Of a stretch of 64,000 nucleotides of DNA, positions 1 through 9,195 are shown piece by piece (within the stretch, counting starts at the first letter, position 1; every line of letters begins with the position of its first letter). Source of the stretch: a virus (lineage: Duplodnaviria; Caudoviricetes); the IMG/VR virus record IMGVR_UViG_3300027679_000366, positions 21,854 to 85,853 of that record; one strand, 5' to 3'. A program made the position numbers and the translations under genes. The notes below the pieces were generated by a model, which saw nothing but the letters and a program-made list of their open reading frames with translations, made no database searches and was not told the DNA's origin.

Positions 1-53
1 ATCGATATAAAAAGAAACTTGAAAAAGAGCAATTACCTAAAAAAATGTATTGA
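1..53 (+). CDS. rpsU: 3' end of ribosomal protein bS21 (copy A, truncated by window edge)
   Basis: Frame from base 3 reads RYKKKLEKEQLPKKMY*, matching [16 protein letters not shown] of the full copy at 16099..16329. Confidence 0.85.
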   Translation, partial: RYKKKLEKEQLPKKMY

Positions 54-78
54 CGTAGGCTAGTATACCTGTTATAAT
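50..78 (+). promoter_or_regulatory. sigma70 promoter (extended -10)
   Basis: TTGACG(50-55)-17 bp-TATAAT(73-78) with TG at 70-71; mirrored at 16074-16102. Confidence 0.85.
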
Positions 79-106
79 TTAAGTTCACAATTAAGAAAGA
101 ATTTAA

Positions 107-691
107 ATGGCCAATACGGATATTATGATTGACTTGGAAACACTGGCAACATCTACTGATGCTACGATCCTAACAATTGGTGCTGTGAAGTTTGACCCTT
201 TTGGGAAAGACATCGAAGAACCCGCAATGGATTCTTTCTATGTTAGAGTAGACTTGGATAGCTGTGACGAACTTGGACTTGCAGTTAACGATGACACTAT
301 AGCATGGTGGGCACAACAAAGCCAAGAAGCACAGGACGAAGCCTTTGGAACAGAGGGCCGTATTCACATCCGCGAAGCTATGGAAAAACTTTACAAGTTT
401 TGCTGGGGCGCCAAGCGTGTATGGGCTAATGGTGCTTGCTTTGACATTCCAATTTGCGAAACTGCATATCGCAAACTTAACAAAGCAATCCCATGGAGTT
501 TCTGGCAAATACGTGATGTGCGCACTGCCTTTGACTTGGGTATCGATCCTCGTCGTCCAACTGTAACAGCACACCACGCATTGCAAGATGCATACAATCA
601 AGCAGTAGGAATACAAAATGTATATACACTTTTGCGTAGCAGTACGACAAGAGAAGGTAATTACATTACACCTTTTAAAAATGAAAGATAA
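107..691 (+). CDS. DEDDh 3'-5' exonuclease (Rv2179c/DexA-like), copy A
   Basis: MIDLETL, WANGACFD, RDVRT, HHALQDA motifs. Confidence 0.85.
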   Translation: MANTDIMIDLETLATSTDATILTIGAVKFDPFGKDIEEPAMDSFYVRVDLDSCDELGLAVNDDTIAWWAQQSQEAQDEAFGTEGRIHIREAMEKLYKFCWGAKRVWANGACFDIPICETAYRKLNKAIPWSFWQIRDVRTAFDLGIDPRRPTVTAHHALQDAYNQAVGIQNVYTLLRSSTTREGNYITPFKNER

Positions 692-693
692 AA

Positions 694-978
694 ATGGACT
701 CACAAACTAAAGAAGTAATGGACATTCTCCAGGAAGAATGTGCTGAAGTAATTCAAGCGGTAAGTAAAATCAGCCGTTTTGGTATTGACAATTTCAAACC
801 AGGTAAACCTAAAACCAACAGAGAACATCTTGAAGAAGAACTTGGCGATTTACAAGCTATGGTGGAAATCCTACAAGAGCTTGATATTGTAAGCTGGACT
901 AATATTGAACGTGCGGCCGAAGCCAAACGTGAAAAACTCAAAATTTGGTCCAATATCTTTAAAACAGAGAACGTCTGA
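694..978 (+). CDS. MazG-like NTP pyrophosphohydrolase, copy A
   Basis: LQEECAEVIQ...LEEELGDL all-alpha NTP-PPase motif. Confidence 0.8.
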   Translation: MDSQTKEVMDILQEECAEVIQAVSKISRFGIDNFKPGKPKTNREHLEEELGDLQAMVEILQELDIVSWTNIERAAEAKREKLKIWSNIFKTENV

Positions 979-1045
979 GATAAATAAATTTGTAGTGCGC
1001 CGTAAGGGCCTACATATTCTTGCTTAATTAAAGGAGAACAATATG
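979..1045 (+). promoter_or_regulatory. TAAATA promoter plus ROSE-like structured 5' UTR of dnaK (copy A)
   Basis: GATAAATA 979-986; hairpin 991-1014; TTCTTGCTT (1017-1025) pairs with AAGGAGAA (1031-1038) leaving a bulged G. Confidence 0.7.
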
Positions 1046-2953
1046 AGCAAAATCATCGGTATCGATTTAGGTACAACAAATAGCTGTGTAGCAATCCTAG
1101 AAAACGGAGTTGCCAAAGTAATTGAAAATAGCGAAGGTGCTAGAACAACACCATCAATCGTGGCTTACACCAAAGGCGAGATTCTCGTTGGTGCTACAGC
1201 TAAACGACAAGCAGTAACAAACCCAAAAAATACAATCTACGCCAGCAAGCGCCTTATTGGCCGCAAGTTTAGCGAGAAAGAAGTACAGAAAGACATTGGT
1301 CTAATGCCTTACGGTATTGTCCAAGCAGACAACGGTGACGCATGGATTGAAGCCAATGGCGAGAAATTGGCTCCACAACAAGTGTCAGCTGAAGTACTTC
1401 GCAAAATGAAAAAGACTGCTGAAGACTATTTAGGTTATGAAGTAACGCAGGCAGTTATTACTGTACCAGCTTACTTTAACGACAGTCAGCGTCAAGCAAC
1501 CAAAGATGCAGGACGTATTGCCGGCTTGGAAGTACTGCGTATTATCAACGAACCAACTGCGGCCGCACTGGCATACGGTGTAGACAAACAAGACAAGAAG
1601 GATCGCAAGATTGCAGTATACGACTTGGGTGGTGGTACATTTGATATCAGTATTATTGAAATTGCCAACATTGACGGCGACAAACAAATTGAAGTGTTAT
1701 CAACAAACGGCGACACATTCCTTGGTGGTGAAGACTTCGATCAAGCCATTATGGATCATTTGGTTGCAGTTTTTAAGAAAGAGTCTGGCATTGACTTGAA
1801 GAAAGATATGCTTGCCCTACAACGTTTGAAAGACTCAGCTGAAAAGGCCAAGATTGAATTGTCCAGTGCGGCCAGTACAGATGTTAACTTGCCATACATC
1901 ACAGCAGACGCAAGTGGCCCTAAGCATTTGAACGTTAAATTAACTCGTGCTAAGTTTGAACAAATGGTCGAAGACTTGATTACTCGTTCAATTGAACCGT
2001 GTAAGACAGCCATGTCAGATGCTAATGTCACTGCCGCAGACATCGACGAAGTTATCCTTGTTGGTGGACAAACACGTATGCCCAAAGTACAAGAAGCAGT
2101 TGAGAAACTGTTTGGCAAGGCTCCACGCAAAGACGTTAACCCAGACGAAGCAGTGGCCGCTGGTGCCGCCATCCAGGGTGCTGTGTTGGCCGGCGACAAG
2201 ACAGATGTGCTGTTGCTAGACGTTACACCATTGAGTTTGGGTATTGAAACAATGGGTGGAGTGTTTACCAAAGTTATTCAAAAGAACACAACTATCCCAA
2301 CCAAAGCTAGCCAAACGTTCAGTACTGCTGAAGACAATCAACCAGCTGTAACTATCAAAGTTGGTCAAGGCGAACGTGAACTATTCAAGTTTAATAAGAT
2401 ACTGGGCGAATTCAATCTCGACGGCATTGCCCCAGCACCACGTGGCATGCCACAAGTTGAAGTTACCTTTGACATTGATGCCAATGGTATCATGCATATC
2501 AGTGCTAAAGATAAAGGCACTGGTAAGGAAAATAAGATTACAATCAAATCCGATAGCGGATTGACGGAAGCTGAAATCCAACGCATGGTACAAGAAGCTG
2601 AACAAAACGCAGAGTCTGATAAGAAAGCCAAAGAGCTCATTGAAGCACGTAATCAAGCTGATGGTGCCACACACAGCTTCAAGAAAGACTTTGAAGAAGT
2701 TAAAGAACAGTTGACTGAAGAAGAAAAGACAGCCGTTGAAACTGCACTTAAAGGTGTAGACGATGCAGTAGTTGGAGAAGATCCAGAAGCTATTCAAAAA
2801 TCAGTCCAAGCAGTTTTCGAAGCAGGCAAACCTGTATTTGAAAAGAAGCAGGCCGCTGAGGCCGCAAAGAGTGCCGCACCAGCTGACCAGCCTGCCGAAG
2901 GGCAAACAGTGGATGCGAGCTTCACAGAAGTTGACACACAGACAGCAAAGTAA
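1043..2953 (+). CDS. dnaK: Hsp70 chaperone DnaK, copy A
   Basis: [32 protein letters not shown] motifs; 636 aa. Confidence 0.98.
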   Translation: MSKIIGIDLGTTNSCVAILENGVAKVIENSEGARTTPSIVAYTKGEILVGATAKRQAVTNPKNTIYASKRLIGRKFSEKEVQKDIGLMPYGIVQADNGDAWIEANGEKLAPQQVSAEVLRKMKKTAEDYLGYEVTQAVITVPAYFNDSQRQATKDAGRIAGLEVLRIINEPTAAALAYGVDKQDKKDRKIAVYDLGGGTFDISIIEIANIDGDKQIEVLSTNGDTFLGGEDFDQAIMDHLVAVFKKESGIDLKKDMLALQRLKDSAEKAKIELSSAASTDVNLPYITADASGPKHLNVKLTRAKFEQMVEDLITRSIEPCKTAMSDANVTAADIDEVILVGGQTRMPKVQEAVEKLFGKAPRKDVNPDEAVAAGAAIQGAVLAGDKTDVLLLDVTPLSLGIETMGGVFTKVIQKNTTIPTKASQTFSTAEDNQPAVTIKVGQGERELFKFNKILGEFNLDGIAPAPRGMPQVEVTFDIDANGIMHISAKDKGTGKENKITIKSDSGLTEAEIQRMVQEAEQNAESDKKAKELIEARNQADGATHSFKKDFEEVKEQLTEEEKTAVETALKGVDDAVVGEDPEAIQKSVQAVFEAGKPVFEKKQAAEAAKSAAPADQPAEGQTVDASFTEVDTQTAK

Positions 2954-2959
2954 TATAAT
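2931..2959 (+). promoter_or_regulatory. sigma70 promoter for hsp20, embedded in dnaK 3' end
   Basis: TTGACA(2931-2936)-17 bp-TATAAT(2954-2959); conserved in copy B (13203-13231). Confidence 0.85.
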
Positions 2960-2965
2960 GTAAAC

Positions 2966-3022
2966 ATGCAGGATGCCTACGGGGTCCTGCAAAGTTCTTG
3001 CTTAAAAGGAGAAACTAAAATG
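2966..3022 (+). promoter_or_regulatory. ROSE-like RNA thermometer upstream of hsp20 (copy A)
   Basis: Hairpin GCAGGA-TGCC-TACG-GGG-TCCTGC, then TTCTTGCTT pairing with SD AAGGAGAA. Confidence 0.75.
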
Positions 3023-3448
3023 CAACAACTAAGAACTATTGACACAGCCGCTCTAGCACAATTGAGCAAAGCACTAGTAGGATTTGATCGATACTTTAAT
3101 GTACCACATCATGTAAACAGTAACTATCCTCCACATAATATTGTGAAGTATAGTGATGATACATACGCAATTGAAGTAGCTGTAGCAGGCTTCACTAAAG
3201 AAGAAGTCACAGTTGAAGTGGATCAAGACCAACTAACAATCCGTGGTGTAAAAGATCGTCCAAACGAAAATACTGGACAGATTGAATATCTACATCGTGG
3301 ATTGGCCGCACGTGACTTCGAGCAAATATTTACTCTAGCAGAGTATATGATTGTAAGGGGTGCTAAAGTGGAGAATGGTATGCTACAAATTGATATTCAA
3401 CGTGTAGTACCAGACGCACTAAAACCACGTCAAATCACAATTAAATAA
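3020..3448 (+). CDS. small heat-shock protein Hsp20 (IbpA-like), copy A
   Basis: YPPHNI, AVAGF, YLHRGLAARDF, GAKVENGML; start moved to ATG 3020 behind the SD. Confidence 0.95.
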   Translation: MQQLRTIDTAALAQLSKALVGFDRYFNVPHHVNSNYPPHNIVKYSDDTYAIEVAVAGFTKEEVTVEVDQDQLTIRGVKDRPNENTGQIEYLHRGLAARDFEQIFTLAEYMIVRGAKVENGMLQIDIQRVVPDALKPRQITIK

Positions 3449-3480
3449 AGTAAATAACAATGGAGGGGGCGACTCCTCCA
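3449..3480 (+). promoter_or_regulatory. TAAATA promoter followed by GNRA-capped hairpin ahead of clpS
   Basis: GTAAATA then TGGAGGGG-GCGA-CTCCTCCA; copy B has GGGGGAG-GCAA-CTCCCCC. Confidence 0.6.
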
Positions 3481-3498
3481 TTAACCCGGAGAACTAAA

Positions 3499-3801
3499 AT
3501 GGCAGGCACTGATATCCAACTAGACGAGAAAATTAAGGTCACTGTACAAGAACCTAAACGTTGGAAAGTCATAGTACTTAATGACGACGCAACTCCTATG
3601 GATTTTGTAGTTGGCGTACTTGTTGAAATCTTCAAGCATACAGACACAACTGCTAGAGATATAATGATCACTGTACACGAGCAAGGCGCTGGCATTGCAG
3701 GTGTATACAGTTTTGAAATTGCAGAAGCCAAAGCAGTTGAATCAACTCAACTTGCTAGGTCTAACGGATTTCCGCTACAGATAAAATTGGAAGAAGAATG
3801 A
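3499..3801 (+). CDS. clpS: Clp protease adaptor ClpS, copy A
   Basis: WKVIVLNDDATPMDFV, VHEQG, FPLQIKLEEE; start at ATG 3499 after GGAGA. Confidence 0.93.
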   Translation: MAGTDIQLDEKIKVTVQEPKRWKVIVLNDDATPMDFVVGVLVEIFKHTDTTARDIMITVHEQGAGIAGVYSFEIAEAKAVESTQLARSNGFPLQIKLEEE

Positions 3802-4343
3802 GCTTAAAAGACCTAACATGGGAACATCACAAGTACGCTGAAACACGCCCGTTTGTTAAGGTATTGTTTTCAGGTAAGATTACTCCAGAAGCATACGCTA
3901 CATATCTTTATAATCAGCACAAGTGTTATGACTTGTTAGAAGCTATGGCCATGATGCATGGCCTAATGAATGACTATCCTGCAATACGCAGAGCTCCTGC
4001 CATTCATGCAGACTTTTTAGAACTATGGACTGATAAGAAAAAACTACCAAATCAAGTGCCATCGGTACAGGCGTATCACGACCATTTACTATCTATCAAA
4101 GACGATCCTAAAAAGATTCTAGCACACTTGTATGTTAGACACTTTGGAGATTTGAGTGGTGGACAGATGATTGCCAAGCGTGTTCCAGGCAGTGGAAAAT
4201 ATTATCAGTTCGACGGCGACACAACAGAAATTAAAAACATCCTACGTGCCAAACTAGATGACAGTCTAGCAGAAGAAGCGGCTGTGTGCTTTAAGTTTGC
4301 GGCTGACATGTTTGACGACTTGGAAAAGGCTGTCAATGAGTAA
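3798..4343 (+). CDS. hemO: heme oxygenase, copy A
   Basis: N-terminal proximal His helix, YVRHFGDLSGGQMI motif. Confidence 0.92.
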   Translation: MSLKDLTWEHHKYAETRPFVKVLFSGKITPEAYATYLYNQHKCYDLLEAMAMMHGLMNDYPAIRRAPAIHADFLELWTDKKKLPNQVPSVQAYHDHLLSIKDDPKKILAHLYVRHFGDLSGGQMIAKRVPGSGKYYQFDGDTTEIKNILRAKLDDSLAEEAAVCFKFAADMFDDLEKAVNE

Positions 4344-5016
4344 AGTCTGGGATACGCTAATAGGTATACAGCAGTTACTAGAAGAAAGTTTTGATGCTAC
4401 TGGGAAGGAAACCTTTGAGCCAGGCATGGATCGTTTCAATCAGCCCGGTTGGGTTAACAGAGTGTGGACTAGCGAATCCTATCGTAGAGCACACGTTGAT
4501 GTTGTAGATGCCCGTGAGTCAAAAGGACTTTGGATGATGCACTGTTGCATATTTCCACATACACACAATCCAGCACCAATATACGGATTTGACGTTATAG
4601 CTGGTAAGAATAAGATTACTGGATGCTTTCATGATTACTCAAAAGCCGGAGATGCTGGCCATCCAATGATGGCTTGGTTCCACGACGAAGTAGCCAAACT
4701 GGAATGGCGCAGAGAACGTGCGCTACCTGAATGGGCCACTAACATATTCAGCGGCAGTATGGTGGCCGCGGCCAATGTACAAGATGAAGAAGAACTGGAG
4801 CAGATTACAAATCTAGCACGTACCACAGTTGCTCACTATCTAAGCACAGTAGCAGAAACTAACAATACTGCTGAAAACACTACAGAAGCACAAAACTACT
4901 ACGCACAGAATCAGAAATGTAACCCTCATACACCACGTGTAATGGTTAGTTTGGGACTAAGTGAGGCGGATGTACAGCATTTCATACAGGAATGCCTGTT
5001 CCCTGAAATAGTATAA
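4336..5016 (+). CDS. pcyX: ferredoxin-dependent bilin reductase, PcyX-type, copy A
   Basis: EPGMDRFN, RRAHVDVVDARESKGLWMMH, PIYGFDVIAG, QKCNPHT; adjacent to hemO. Confidence 0.85.
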   Translation: MSKVWDTLIGIQQLLEESFDATGKETFEPGMDRFNQPGWVNRVWTSESYRRAHVDVVDARESKGLWMMHCCIFPHTHNPAPIYGFDVIAGKNKITGCFHDYSKAGDAGHPMMAWFHDEVAKLEWRRERALPEWATNIFSGSMVAAANVQDEEELEQITNLARTTVAHYLSTVAETNNTAENTTEAQNYYAQNQKCNPHTPRVMVSLGLSEADVQHFIQECLFPEIV

Positions 5017-5019
5017 ATA
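5012..5019 (+). promoter_or_regulatory. T4-type late promoter TATAAATA, 7 nt before ATG
   Basis: Exact TATAAATA, no SD before ATG 5027. Confidence 0.7.
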
Positions 5020-5026
5020 TTACACT

Positions 5027-6703
5027 ATGCGTGTAATTGACATTTTAACTGAATCCGTTTTAACAGAAGCTGGCTTAACAGCTAGAGACTTTTATGAGCG
5101 CGGTAGGCTGGATAATTTTATTAAGAAATTAGTTGCCAAAGAACCTTTTTTTACTGTGGACGGCGAACAGATTGAAATTCCTGCTACCGGTTCCGAAATA
5201 AGCTGGCTCAAAACTCAACTCAAAACAAACTTTGATTCTAAAGATCCTCTAGCAAGAGCAGTACAGACTCTTAATATTTTTCCAAAGATCGGAGGAATCA
5301 GACTAAGTTCCTTGGCCAAAACTAAAGAATTTGGGGGAACATTCAGTGTGAACTCCAGTGGCAAGATGGATACTAGCAAAGCCAATATAGGGCCAACTGT
5401 TGAAGCTTTGAAAGCATTTGCTATATTTGCAAGATTGGTAATACGAAATAAGGCAACACTCACTGCTCAAGACGTTATGAAAGTTGCACAGATGGCTCAA
5501 AAGAATTCTAGTATAGTTTACCTAACAAATGAAAAAACGGGAAAACCCTCTAAAAATCCTACCACTCAGGTGACAGTTGTAAGAAAAGTACCTGACAAGA
5601 ATGGAACTGTAAAAGATGAATTTACATTAAATGTATCTTTAAGCACACCTTCTTTCGTTCGTGCAATAAATGTAACAGAAAAAGACAAGGCAGCTTGGGG
5701 ACATTTAAACGGTGTTGTGAAATATATCAATTCGGAAGGCGACTTGGCAAAATATTCTAGATACTTTGCTAATAACAACAAAAAAGATCCTGTTAAAATT
5801 GCAGTGATTGGTATTGAGTTAGGCAAAGTTGATATCTCATCATCATATACTGATCCGGTCAGTGGAGAAGAACGTCCTCTAGAAAACTTAACAATGAGTA
5901 TCAAGAGCGAAGATGCTCCTTGGTTCCATCAAACATCCGGTGGAAAATTAACCGGTATATATCAAATGTATCAAGCAATAGGTTTGACAGATGCTGAAGT
6001 AGACGAAGACATGGTCACTGCTGGCTACCAAGAAACAGGAAAGAAGAATTCCCGTGCGCAATTCCAACAGACTGTGAAGGCTGTTGAAGCCATATATGAT
6101 CTTGCTTTTGACCGACTGGGTTCAGCAATGGCCAAGTTAAACGATAAAGGCGAAGCTGACTATATTCATAACTTTTTAAACACGTTAAAACACAATATTG
6201 CAGGCGATGACAAATTAGTCTATGTAAAATTTAATGCACGTGGAGCATACTCAAAATTAAAACCCAACATGTTATGGCATCTATCTGAAGTCATCGAACT
6301 GGGCGTTAATCAAGGCACAGGCCAACGCCGCGCAATCTACTGGATTGACCAAAAAACAGGTAAAACACTGATGGAAGTGAGGATGTTAATAAATGCTCCA
6401 AATCACAGAATTACCAATCAATTTAATTTAGGCAAAGACTTCTTTTCGTTAATTAAAGAATCTGAAAAGATTTACAATGTTAACAGTACCAAAGCGGCAC
6501 CTGCTACTACCCCTACAACGGACAAGCAAGTGACCCAAGTAGAACCAACTGAACCTATCGCTAAAAAGGCAGTTCCAGCAAATATTAAAAAATCAGCGGC
6601 AACTGCTGTGCCAACCGCTAACATTGATACCAATCCCAATCAATCATTAAACCGTGCTGTTCCTAGCACAAATCCAAACGACAATATTCCGTTCGCAACA
6701 TAA
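5027..6703 (+). CDS. 558-aa putative internal head protein, possible PD-(D/E)XK-like core, P/T/A-rich tail
   Basis: N-terminus MRVIDILTE; KVDI...MSIK motif; distant homolog of 9280..11127. Confidence 0.45.
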   Translation: MRVIDILTESVLTEAGLTARDFYERGRLDNFIKKLVAKEPFFTVDGEQIEIPATGSEISWLKTQLKTNFDSKDPLARAVQTLNIFPKIGGIRLSSLAKTKEFGGTFSVNSSGKMDTSKANIGPTVEALKAFAIFARLVIRNKATLTAQDVMKVAQMAQKNSSIVYLTNEKTGKPSKNPTTQVTVVRKVPDKNGTVKDEFTLNVSLSTPSFVRAINVTEKDKAAWGHLNGVVKYINSEGDLAKYSRYFANNNKKDPVKIAVIGIELGKVDISSSYTDPVSGEERPLENLTMSIKSEDAPWFHQTSGGKLTGIYQMYQAIGLTDAEVDEDMVTAGYQETGKKNSRAQFQQTVKAVEAIYDLAFDRLGSAMAKLNDKGEADYIHNFLNTLKHNIAGDDKLVYVKFNARGAYSKLKPNMLWHLSEVIELGVNQGTGQRRAIYWIDQKTGKTLMEVRMLINAPNHRITNQFNLGKDFFSLIKESEKIYNVNSTKAAPATTPTTDKQVTQVEPTEPIAKKAVPANIKKSAATAVPTANIDTNPNQSLNRAVPSTNPNDNIPFAT

Positions 6704-6766
6704 TCCACGTACTTAGAATACCTTATTAGTAGTAAATACTAATAACGATATACCGGGAGCGAAACC

Positions 6767-7381
6767 GTGGATCCAATCACGATAGGTCTGGCATTTGCCG
6801 CCGCCCAATCAGCAGTTAGTCATATAAAGCAAGCCGTAGCTCTGGGTAAGGACATCAACAGTCTAGTAGGGCAATTCAGCAAATTCTTTGAAAGTTCAGA
6901 TTCTATACATCGTGAACGAACAAAGTTAAAAGCCAAAGCTAACCTACTGGGCAAAACTGATGCTGAGTTGGGGCACGAAGCCCTACAAATTGCCATGCAC
7001 AGTGATGCCCTACGTCAAGCAGAGCGCGATCTCAAAGACATGATTCTTTGGCAATTGGGTAAACCGCAGATTTGGGAACAAATGATTGCCGAGCGCACCA
7101 GACTATTCAAAGCCCGTGCAGAAGCCCAACGTGCAGAAGAAGAACGTGAACTAGCACACAAGAAAAAAATGGCTGATACGTTTATTTTTGGCATGTATTT
7201 CCTAGCAGGGTCAGTGATTGTATTTGCATTTGCCATGGGCGGTGTTGGCATTTACGGCCAGATGGAAGAAAAACGAATTTATGAAGAAAAGGTTGTCAAG
7301 AGAAATCTAGTTATTCGTCAACAACAAAAAGAACGCGAAGCTCGTGAAAAGAAAGAACGCGAAGATTATGCTAAAAATTAA
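6767..7381 (+). CDS. membrane-anchored coiled-coil protein (MDP-helix family)
   Basis: GTG start after GGGAG; amphipathic N-helix, coiled coil, one TM near C-terminus. Confidence 0.6.
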   Translation: MDPITIGLAFAAAQSAVSHIKQAVALGKDINSLVGQFSKFFESSDSIHRERTKLKAKANLLGKTDAELGHEALQIAMHSDALRQAERDLKDMILWQLGKPQIWEQMIAERTRLFKARAEAQRAEEERELAHKKKMADTFIFGMYFLAGSVIVFAFAMGGVGIYGQMEEKRIYEEKVVKRNLVIRQQQKEREAREKKEREDYAKN

Positions 7382-7392
7382 CAAAGGAACGT

Positions 7393-7506
7393 ATGTACTT
7401 CAACATTATTATCACATTCAATGATCTGCTGTTCTTATTGTCAATGACTCCATTAGTGGCTATATTTTGTGTCATGTTTAAAGATTGGCTCAAAGATAGA
7501 AAATGA
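7393..7506 (+). CDS. 37-aa hydrophobic microprotein
   Basis: AAAGGA SD; MYFNIIITFNDLLFLLSMTPLVAIFCVMFKDWLKDRK; ATGA overlap with next ORF. Confidence 0.55.
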   Translation: MYFNIIITFNDLLFLLSMTPLVAIFCVMFKDWLKDRK

Positions 7507-7664
7507 TCATGTACGAATGGATATTGATGCTAGCCCTTGCACAAGAACCAGTTAAGAAATGGCCAGAGTGGGAGTGTGTGCGTTGGACATGGACCGGTGA
7601 CGTTTACAATCGCACAGTGATATGTTTAGAATGGCGCAAGAGAGAAAATAGATGGAAACCCTAA
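7503..7664 (+). CDS. small protein with CVRxxWxGDVxNRTxxCxE motif
   Basis: Manual translation ...WECVRWTWTGDVYNRTVICLEWRKR...; paralog of 7652..7897. Confidence 0.65.
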   Translation: MIMYEWILMLALAQEPVKKWPEWECVRWTWTGDVYNRTVICLEWRKRENRWKP

Positions 7665-7897
7665 ACAGAATAATTGTGGTCCTGGCATTATCGACTCTGT
7701 GTGTTTCTACGATAGTGTCAAGTTCACCCATGTACGGCGGTGATCGTCCCAATGTAGCTAGAGAATTACCCAGTCGAGAACGTGAAGTAACGCTCAATCA
7801 GGGTGTTGCCCAATGTGTTAGAACTGCTTGGATTGGTGATGTCAGCAATAGAACATTGATTTGTGTTGAATATCGCTATCGGAAAGAGGTCAAGTAA
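7652..7897 (+). CDS. small exported protein with CVRxxWxGDVxNRTxxCxE motif
   Basis: Signal-peptide-like N-terminus; QCVRTAWIGDVSNRTLICVEYRYR. Confidence 0.65.
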   Translation: METLNRIIVVLALSTLCVSTIVSSSPMYGGDRPNVARELPSREREVTLNQGVAQCVRTAWIGDVSNRTLICVEYRYRKEVK

Positions 7898-8679
7898 TGG
7901 ATCCCTTAACACTCTTTGCACTGGCCAATGCCGCAGTGTCCGCAGTCAAGGCTGGCTGTAAACTTTATAAAGATATCAAAGGTGCGGCGGGTGATGTCAA
8001 GGATGTACTCAAAGATCTTGATGCACAGTTCCAAAAACTTCACCCGGCTGAAAAACCAGCCACAGTAGAGCAACGTAATCAATACATTCGTACAAAAAAC
8101 GAAGTTGTCGAGTTAAACAAAAAGGCTAACTCGGGCGAGCATACCGGTGTTTACACAGAGATTGGCAATCATCTTGGCGCATATTACGATAACTTAAACA
8201 AGTGTATGGCAATCTTTGCTGAAGAAGAACGTCGCAGTAAAACACAAGTTTATACTGGAGATGACAGCCTAGGTAAACGTGCCTTACAACGTGTGTTGAT
8301 GCGCAAGCAATTGGAACAAATGGGCACTGAACTGCGTGAGATAATGGTGTATCAAAGCCCTAAAGAACTGGGTGCGCTTTATACAGAAGTAGAAGAGATG
8401 ATGAGAGAAATGGGTAAGGAACAAAAAGTTCTCATCATCAAGCAAATGAAAATTCAGGAGGTACAGGATCGTAGACGTGCGGCCCGTATGAAACAGCTGA
8501 GAGAAGAGTTGATCATCGGTGTAGCAATCATGATCATCATCATTATCATGGGCGGAGTGTTCATGTGGGTAGCACATGATCGCCAGCAAAAATACCCACA
8601 ATACGGCAACGAGTTATTTCCCAAGTCTGAAAAACAGCGACAATCTGAAGCAGAGCCTAAAGTATATATAGGACGCTAG
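7897..8679 (+). CDS. membrane-anchored coiled-coil protein (MDP-helix family)
   Basis: MDPLTLFALANAAVSAVK, RALQ..LRE motif, C-terminal TM. Confidence 0.6.
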   Translation: MDPLTLFALANAAVSAVKAGCKLYKDIKGAAGDVKDVLKDLDAQFQKLHPAEKPATVEQRNQYIRTKNEVVELNKKANSGEHTGVYTEIGNHLGAYYDNLNKCMAIFAEEERRSKTQVYTGDDSLGKRALQRVLMRKQLEQMGTELREIMVYQSPKELGALYTEVEEMMREMGKEQKVLIIKQMKIQEVQDRRRAARMKQLREELIIGVAIMIIIIIMGGVFMWVAHDRQQKYPQYGNELFPKSEKQRQSEAEPKVYIGR

Positions 8680-8686
8680 GTGTTAA

Positions 8687-8767
8687 TTACTTCAATTGCC
8701 ATTCCATCCATATCAAGAACGCAGTGACTAATAATGTTAATATCAGAACAATTTGTGGCAATCTCAT
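8687..8767 (-). CDS. 26-aa single-TM microprotein
   Basis: MRLPQIVLILTLLVTAFLIWMEWQLK; ATGA overlap with 8764..9195. Confidence 0.45.
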   Translation of the reverse strand: MRLPQIVLILTLLVTAFLIWMEWQLK

Positions 8768-9195
8768 ATTTTGTATAGTTTAAAAAAGTAAGTAACTAAT
8801 GTGCCAGCTACAAAACACCAGCACAACACATCAATTTGTTTTTGTCGGTCGCGATCCATTGCAGATAATTCAGCTTTATATTCTTTTTCTATAACAGCTT
8901 TTTCAGCTTCTACTTTGATCCACGCATCCTTGCCGTATTTTTGAATAGTTTCAGCCTTTAGTCTAGCTACATCTCGCTCGTACTTCATCTTAGTCTCAAA
9001 TTTTTCAAGAGCTCTATACTCAAGAGTTGATTTTCGATGTTGCTCTGCTAGTTTAGATTTTATACGGGATTCATGCTCGCGCTGAACGGTAGCTTCCATA
9101 TCAGCCTGTTGGCTTGATACAACTGCTCCTAATTCCTTGCCTGCACTTTGCGCAGATTTAAGGGTAGTTGTGGCGGACTTAATTCCGTCTAACAT
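8764..9195 (-). CDS. coiled-coil protein with C-terminal TM (third, distant member of MDP-helix family)
   Basis: RALE...LK..I..YG..AW motif; start reassigned to ATG 9195 after GGGAG. Confidence 0.55.
   Translation of the reverse strand: MLDGIKSATTTLKSAQSAGKELGAVVSSQQADMEATVQREHESRIKSKLAEQHRKSTLEYRALEKFETKMKYERDVARLKAETIQKYGKDAWIKVEAEKAVIEKEYKAELSAMDRDRQKQIDVLCWCFVAGTLVTYFFKLYKI

Noticed and set aside
170-2797. Long antisense ORFs over dnaK, the exonuclease and other genes
   Set aside because: Shadow frames of conserved genes with no SD or recognisable motifs.
4336-5016. Cyanophage-type PcyA/PebS call
   Set aside because: Motifs (EPGMDRFN, KGLWMMH, NPHT) fit the PcyX group and there are no cyanobacterial genes.
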